NCBI GenBank assembly: GCA_951406725.2
Contig: OX597814.1
Coordinates: 2,108,001 to 2,172,000 of the forward strand
Reading direction: 5' to 3'
Length of the DNA: 64,000 nt
DNA from: Octopus vulgaris
Taxonomy: Eukaryota
In this document: positions 57,013-64,000 of the stretch, in pieces
Layout of the letters: each line of letters starts with the position of its first letter
How positions within the stretch are numbered: position 1 is the stretch's first letter
Translations under genes and position numbers: made by a program
Notes under the pieces: model-generated
What the model was told of the DNA's origin: nothing
Database searches by the model: none
What the model saw: only the letters and a program-made list of their open reading frames with translations

Positions 57013-57193
57013 TACACACATGTATATATACGACGGGCTTGTATCAGTTTCCGTCAACCAAATCTACTCATAAGGCTTAGGTCTGCCCGAAACTACAGTT
57101 GAAGACACTTGCCCAAGGTACCACGCATTGGGACTGAACCTGGAATCATGTGGTTGGCAAGCAAGCTACTTAACACACAGCCACTCCTACGCC
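56695..57193 (-). mobile_element. Full-length SINE family A
   Basis: Reverse complement is colinear with 52303-52760. Confidence 0.8.
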
Positions 57194-58036
57194 TATATGT
57201 GTGTGTGTATGTGTGTGTGTGTGTGTATTGAGTGCGAGTGTGTCTGTATGTGTATGTGTGTGTTATTGTGTGTGTGTGGTCGTGTGTGTGCACATGAGTT
57301 TACATGTTCGGAATCTGAGTTTGTGTGCTTCTTGCCGTTTTTAAATGTAAAGCTTGTCTACGCATGCGTGAGTGTATGTGAGTGTGTGTGTGTATAAATG
57401 AAAGGTAGGGAACCAAAACGTACGTGTATGTATAAATTTCGTTTTTGCAATTGCGTACGCGCGGGTGTGATTAAATACGGAGGGCGCCGGTGTATGTGAA
57501 AACGTTCGAATGAATGTGAACTGCGCGTGGATGGTTGTGAGTGTGTGTATAAATATGTGTGTGTGAATGCTGGATTTGTATGTGTGCGTATGGATTTGTG
57601 GATGGGTGTGCGCGTGTGCATGTGAGTGCGTCTTGTTGTACTTGTGTGCGTGTGAATCTGTATACATGTATGTGGATGTGTGCTTCACTGATAGCGGTTC
57701 CCGTGAGAACTATAAGTGCTACCTAATAAAAGGGAGCAAAATCACTTTCGCTCATACTGTGAACAGCCCTGTCTTACAGTCACCGATCAGTTATTACACT
57801 ACGACCGAGTCGACTTTCTGTGTGGGGGTGTTGATGTGTGACTATGCGTGTGTGTGAGTCTGTGCGTGTGTGGTTGAGTGCGTGTGTGTGCATGTGTCTA
57901 TGTGTGTGTATGATTGTGTGCTTGTATATCATTTACGGGAATTTATATCAAGTATATATATTTATGTATTCATGAATATTGAACAAGCATGTTTTTACGC
58001 CTGCTTCATGTTGGTATTTATGATGCCCATTGAAAT

Positions 58037-58086
<50 letters not shown>

Positions 58087-58269
58087 AATTAAAGAAGGAA
58101 AATGCACACACTTTATATAGTTTGATATAATTTTTAATACATCATTTATTATGTTTGTCGACCGGTTTCGCTGTCGCTATTCATGACGTTAAAATTTATT
58201 TGAATACGTATTTCCTTCAGAAGCATATTTTTGTCCATGTTGTGTGTAGAGTTTATGAATGTTATATAC

Positions 58270-58349
<80 letters not shown>

Positions 58350-58966
58350 CTCTGTGTGTGTGTGTGTGAATAGAGTAGTAGTACAACAATGTTTACTGGA
58401 AATAGCAGTCGATACATTCACGACGTTATAGTAAAGCTTCACTGTATATATACTGACAAAGACGTGTAAGGGCAGCGAAGGTAAAAATTTTTTGTCTTAC
58501 ATCTTGGTAGAACATTAGATAAATGGACAACACCAAATCGGATAATCTAGTACCTAGGGTTCGGACTCTCCAAATACGTTTTTTATCGTAAATTTGTTGA
58601 ACTTTCTTCAGCTGGATTTACCGGGACAATAATTCAAATTTGGCTACATCAATGCTAATATACTCGCCGGCACGCCAAGCGGTTATCAGAACCGAGAACA
58701 GTGAAAGGGTTTTCAATGAAAAATTAAATATTGCCATGCAAATGTATTACTCTTCATTCAAACATATATATATATATATAATTTTTTTCTCGAAGTTTCA
58801 ATCGAAGGACTGTGCCATGCTGGGGCACCGCCGTTTACTTTGCTACACTTTCACTAAACCTCCTCTGATATGTGACATTTGGTGGATGAGGGAGTTCGAC
58901 GTTGCTGTCTTTATCTGTGTTTCTAGCCCAGAGGTAGGTTCATTCGGAAATCTTGACTCATATATA

Positions 58967-59036
<70 letters not shown>

Positions 59037-59039
<3 letters not shown>

Positions 59040-59725
59040 CAATTGAGGATAAAATCTTTAAAAGAAATTATCAGTAGTCAGCGTGAAAAACCTCCTAAGA
59101 GAAAAAATCCGTAAATTCTTCCTCTTTGAAAATATTCATTTATATTATATTGAGGGTACTACTATTCGTAGATACCAACACGCTAAGAGGGACCAATGCA
59201 GTCAAAACTACTAAAAATAAACAAAATTTTACCGAATGCAAAACTTCAAAACACATCATTTTAAAAAAGAATTCAGTTACATATCACATGTGATTTCGCA
59301 TTTAATGCAGGACTACTGATAATTTCTTTTAAAGATTTTATCCTCAATTGTTAATTTATATTTTTCGCCGGAATAGTTCAATACTGAATTTTTATTCCGA
59401 CTAGGCAATTTGTTACCGAAATGCATTGCGAAAAAGCCCGCCATTTTCATAGATATGTAAAGATAAACATTCGTACATGCTACGACGAATTCTACGGTTG
59501 GCTATCGAGTTTGTAATGTTATGTTTTTTTCTTATATTTCTTGAGTTTGTTGCACTGACGAACATGAAATGCATATTCTGCATTAAATGCGAAATCACAT
59601 GTGATATGTAACTGAATTCTTTTTTAAAATGATGTGTTTTGAAGTTTTGCATTCGGTAAAATTTTTTTAATTTTTAGTAGTTTTGACCGCATTGGTCCCT
59701 CTTAGCGTGTTGGTATCTACGAATA
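59037..59725 (+). repeat. (TA)n-flanked element with two interlocked inverted repeats and an HHR
   Basis: X 59039-59079 pairs with X' 59311-59351 (perfect). Y 59163-59310 pairs with Y' 59578-59725 (near perfect). Confidence 0.9.
59549..59612 (+). ncRNA. Type I hammerhead ribozyme
   Basis: gttgca CTGACGA acat-gaaatgcatattctgcattaa-atgc GAAA TCACATGTGA TA tgtaac. Helix I is 6 bp, helix III is the palindrome ATCACATGTGAT, AUA triplet. First helix II pair is A-C. Confidence 0.8.
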
Positions 59726-59947
59726 TAATATATATATAATATATATATATAACTAATGTAGGATAAGATTTTTTTCGAAAGAAAAATTTTTTATCAATGG
59801 CCAGCATATCAATTAGAATTTTTCTCTTGCCCTTATCTTATAAGTTATAGATATATATTAGAGTAAAGGTTCTTATGAATATCCGGCATCTTGAAGTGAT
59901 TTGTGATCATCGTTTTTTTACAAAACTTTTTATCCGCCATCTTGGAT

Positions 59948-60310
59948 TAACCTATGCACCTGCGAAATTATTTAAGAAAATATCAAAGGTGGACTTAGAA
60001 AATATTACTAGGGCACCTCTAGCATCATCGTTCATACCTCGTGTTCTATTTTATTCTCTATACTACCCCTAACTCGATTAACAAAGGGAAAATATCAACA
60101 TTATCCCCCCTTCTATAAGGCGCCTTATAGAAGGGGGGAAGATATTGATATTCACTATATACGATGATGCTAGAGGTGCCCTAGTAATACTTTCTTAGGA
60201 CCCCTTTGATTTTTTTCTTTTAAAATATCACAGTTTCAAAAGTTCATTCAATATATTTTCTAAGTCCACCTTTGATATTTTCTTAAATAATTTTGCAGAT
60301 TCACAGGTTA
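59948..60310. repeat. Fold-back element centred on a perfect 36-bp palindrome
   Basis: tccccccttctataaggcgccttatagaagggggga at 60104-60139. Arms 60003-60031/60161-60189 and 59948-60005/60253-60310. Confidence 0.85.
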
Positions 60311-60386
60311 TATAGATAATTATTATAGTAGATGAGAGTAATAGAAAGGGTATACGTACCCGTATGACGTCATAACCGCCATGTTC

Positions 60387-60442
<56 letters not shown>

Positions 60443-61192
60443 GTTATTGCGTCATGCATAAAAATAAAATAGGAAATGAAAACAAAGACGGTTATTAGAT
60501 TACACACTGTTTATTTTAGAATCGCCAAAATTGCAGCTACCATTGGGTACGCCGAGATAAATGCATACTTGTGCATTTTGTTCGGGATCTAATTGGCATA
60601 AATATCTGTAAAAGTCCCAGAATTAGAGAAGTAATTATAAGCGGGTATGTAGTCTGCTGATCTGTATCCTGCTGCCCATAGTTCGCATTCTGATTTGTTT
60701 TTATCTTATGACATATGTCGAAGAGATCTCGTGCGAATTTTTCTGCATCGAATTAGTGATGTTTACACCAGGCTTCAAAAATGCCGATGGAGGTGTACTC
60801 CTTCCACATTGTGTTTGATTTTTGTGAGAAAAGTAGTGTTTTGTTCTCCAGTTGTTTGTAAATTGGTTGCATTCGGCACTCTATTTGTATTTGCGTTGCT
60901 GCGGGTTTGATCAGTGATTCTAGATTAGGGGTATTTCGGTATATCGCATTCCATGATTCGTAGAAGAGTTCTTTTCTAGCTGTAAGAGTGAATTTTATCA
61001 TGTCCCCGACATCAGCTGAGTTGCATTTAGACATTAGCAGTTTGAGGAATTCAAACTTATTGCCACATACAGTGATTTTTCTTTTTTTTAATTTAGTTAG
61101 ATACGGCGTTGTCTGTAAAATGAATCTTCGAGTTAATAATCTTTGATAGAAACATCTTTTGACTAAGTTTGGTAATGTTGTTGGTGGATACG

Positions 61193-61235
61193 ACGGTGTA
61201 TTTTTGTAGAGACTCTGTGAAGCCTGCTGGTGATT

Positions 61236-61317
<82 letters not shown>

Positions 61318-61420
61318 ATATATATATATCCATATATATATGTAAATGACGAGTATACACTATCGGGTGTGCAAATCAAATCACCAGCAGGCTTCGCAGA
61401 GTCTCTACAAAAATACACCG

Positions 61421-61421
<1 letters not shown>
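61193..61421. repeat. 47-bp inverted repeat enclosing a (TA)n array
   Basis: 61193-61239 versus 61375-61421, one mismatch. Confidence 0.85.
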
Positions 61422-61452
<31 letters not shown>

Positions 61453-61564
61453 CGTGATCACCATGACCGACCAGGCTATCAGATTTTGTTACACATCGCT
61501 GGTCACAATGTACTTTGCATTGTTTTATTTCCATGACACCACTCCACTGGCTAAGTGAGCTGGC

Positions 61565-61632
<68 letters not shown>

Positions 61633-61638
61633 TATGTA

Positions 61639-61699
<61 letters not shown>

Positions 61700-62031
61700 A
61701 TAAAGTACTATTTTTTAAGTGAAAGTGACTTCGGAGTTCCTGCCAGTTATGCTATCATCGGAGACTTAAAGTGATACTATGTATGTCTAGAAATCTGTCG
61801 TAATCGGACTACATGACAACTCTCTTTCTCCCTCTCCCTCTCCCTCTCCCCGTCTCACATCTGGTCCGCCCCTCATTTCCGCTCCCCCTCAAACCTCCGC
61901 TACCCTCCCTCCCATTTTCCCCTCTCCTCCTCTCCTCTCCTCTCCTCCCCAACCAACAGCTGTTACCATTGCACAGAAACAATAGTTGTGATTTGTAATT
62001 AAAACCTGCTCGTGCCACCTTCTTGTGTTTT

Positions 62032-62063
<32 letters not shown>

Positions 62064-62093
62064 TTATATATATATATATTTATATATAAAAAG

Positions 62094-62353
62094 AATTGCA
62101 GCGTGGAAGGTGTTTATAAGCCATTTAAGAAACACAAAAACCGATAGATTCACTTCCACATTCAAATTTAATTTGTCAAAATATTTTCGTCGCTTTGAGA
62201 CCGCGACCTGTTCACTGACAAAACTTCGTGCTGCATCTAACGGTTTTTGTGCGCTTCTTAAATGGCTTATAAACACCTTCCACGTTGCAATTGTTTTCGT
62301 TCCAGCACACGACCTCAGATCAGGTCACTTGCTATGCAAGTACCTCTCCGTAA
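62094..62353 (-). repeat. (TA)n-flanked hairpin element; family has other fragments at 20557-20650 and 54543-54615
   Basis: Arms 62094-62152 and 62232-62292 enclose an HHR-like loop. Tail 62293-62353 matches the reverse complement of 54543-54603. Confidence 0.85.
62172..62222 (-). ncRNA. Hammerhead ribozyme variant with G3-C8 core (GUGAACA)
   Basis: Minus strand: tttgtca GTGAACA g gtcgc-ggtctcaaa-gcgac GAAA ATAT TT tgacaaa. Perfect 7-bp helix I, 5-bp helix II, palindromic helix III AATATT. Confidence 0.72.
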
Positions 62354-62819
62354 TATATATACACAACCCGTGTCCGATATATTACGAGCAGGGGGGCAAA
62401 CGTTATTAGATTTAGCGGTGATTATACAAGTATACCTGTCTGGTTTCAGAGTATTTCTCTTCGCCAGTACAGAACACCTGTCAGCTAGAAATGGCAATCG
62501 TTCATCCTAGCTCGCAATATATAGATAATTAAGTGACAATCAGCCGCTGATTAAAAAAAATGGCTGTAATGTATTTCCGTTCGTAACACCCATCTTGAAA
62601 TGGCGAAAAACATTAGTTTTCAGTATTGTTACTACTTACATCTCTTATAGAGATTTTAAAACCTGTTGTTTTGTGGCAAAATCAGCGGCTGAAGGTCGCT
62701 TACTTTTCTATATTTTGCAAGCTAGGACGAACGACAATTGTAAGTAATTTTGGCATCAATTCCGCACGGATTTTACGAAAGCGAAGCATGTCTTGGATGA
62801 TTTTGCATGTAGGAACTTG

Positions 62820-63118
62820 ACTAATCTGCAGAGGACATGCCGTCTCATCGATGGCCACACGTCAGTTCTCTAGAACCATCTCTTGAGCTGCTTGAATCTT
62901 GACATCAGTGGTGGAGGTTGATGGTTGCCCTGCACCCTCTTCGTGCTTCACGCTTGTCCGGCCATTTTTAAACTTCTCGATCCACTCATACACACTTTTA
63001 CCCAGTTGAGCGCTGTCTCCGTATAGTGGTGGTGTAAACCTGCGATGATTTTCAGCCCCTGACACACCTTCAGACCAGAGAAATAAAATCATTGGTCTCT
63101 ATTCTTCTTTGGTACACA
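62820..63118 (-). mobile_element. Mariner transposase 5' fragment
   Basis: ILFLWSEGVSGAENHRR...VYEWIEKFKNGRTSVKHEEGAGQPST (HTH plus GRP-like linker). Confidence 0.8.
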
Positions 63119-63125
63119 TTATCAC

Positions 63126-63532
63126 ACCTCGGCGGAATTTGAACTCAGAACGTAGCGTCAGACGAAATACCGCTAAGCATTTCGCCCGGCGAGTTAACGA
63201 TTCCGCCAGCTGCCGCCATAGGTTACGTTGTTGTTTGTTCCTTCTCGAGCCATGCCTGGCTCATCAGGGCCGGTTTCCCGGTTACCTTGGCGTATAGGTT
63301 CCCCACCTGGACGGGACGCCGGTCCGTCGTAGGTAAGCTGCTAGATGCAGGAGGAGAGTGAGAGAGAGTTGTAGCAAAATTGTCAGCAGATGTTCGCCAT
63401 CACCTTCTACCTGAGCTGCGTGGAGCTTAGGTGTTTCACTCACAAACACACTCATCGCCCAGTCTGAGATTCGAACTCGCGATCCCTCGAGCGCAAGTCT
63501 GCTGCTCTAACCACTAGGCCATGTGCCTCCAC
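63126..63532 (-). mobile_element. SINE B head followed by a family C-like SINE
   Basis: 63126-63217 matches 28570-28662. 63350-63532 matches 49500-49675. Confidence 0.7.
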
Positions 63533-63682
63533 ATAAGTTACGTAGTAATAATGAAAGAACTACTATTTTATATATTTGTTTTTTTTTTTTTCAATATGAA
63601 AATAATGTATTGTGAATGAAATGAAAAAAGAGAGATAAAACTTCATACTAACAATCAAAGAATCGACGGATAATTTTGATCT

Positions 63683-64000
63683 AGGCGCAGGCGTAGCTGC
63701 ATGGCAAGAGGCTTGCTTCTCAATCACATGGTTCCGGGTTCAGTCCTACTACGTGGCGCCTTGTGCAGATGTTTTCTAATATAGGCTCGGGCCAACCAAA
63801 GCTTTGTGAGTGGATTTGGTAGAAGGAAACTGAAAGAAGCCCGTCGTATATATATATATGTTGCGTATGTGTTTGTGTTTGTCCCCCCCCCCCCACCATC
63901 GGTTGACAACCGATGCTGGTGTGTTTACGTCCCTGTAACTTAGCGGATCGGCAAAAGTGACCGATAGAATAAGTACTAGCCTTACAAAGAACAAGTCCCG
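63683..64000 (+). mobile_element. SINE family A, running off the window end
   Basis: Colinear with 22701-23100. Confidence 0.8.

Overview
Repeat-dense, AT-rich eukaryotic DNA with no recognisable host protein-coding exon. The tRNA-derived SINE families and very high microsatellite load suggest an octopus or other coleoid genome (inference). It contains one nearly intact full-length Tx1/L1-group LINE (1331-6603, minus) with a 16-bp TSD, inserted next to an older relative at what looks like a shared target motif. It also has many mariner/Tc1 relics (one full-length, one with an intron), R4/Dong-type restriction-like-endonuclease retroelement 3' ends in (AAT)n, RTE fragments, a Penelope-like (PLE) relic and several SINE families. 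The most striking unexplained structure is a set of mutually unrelated 250-700 bp fold-back elements, mostly lodged in (TA)n arrays. Several carry a type I hammerhead ribozyme (HHR) with a palindromic helix III. In these, only one arm keeps an intact catalytic core, one element is circularly permuted, and one uses a G3-C8 swapped core. A separate tRNA-headed SINE also carries a minimal HHR and appears to ferry Dong 3' ends. Most ORFs in the supplied track are microsatellite artefacts. All folds and alignments were done by eye.
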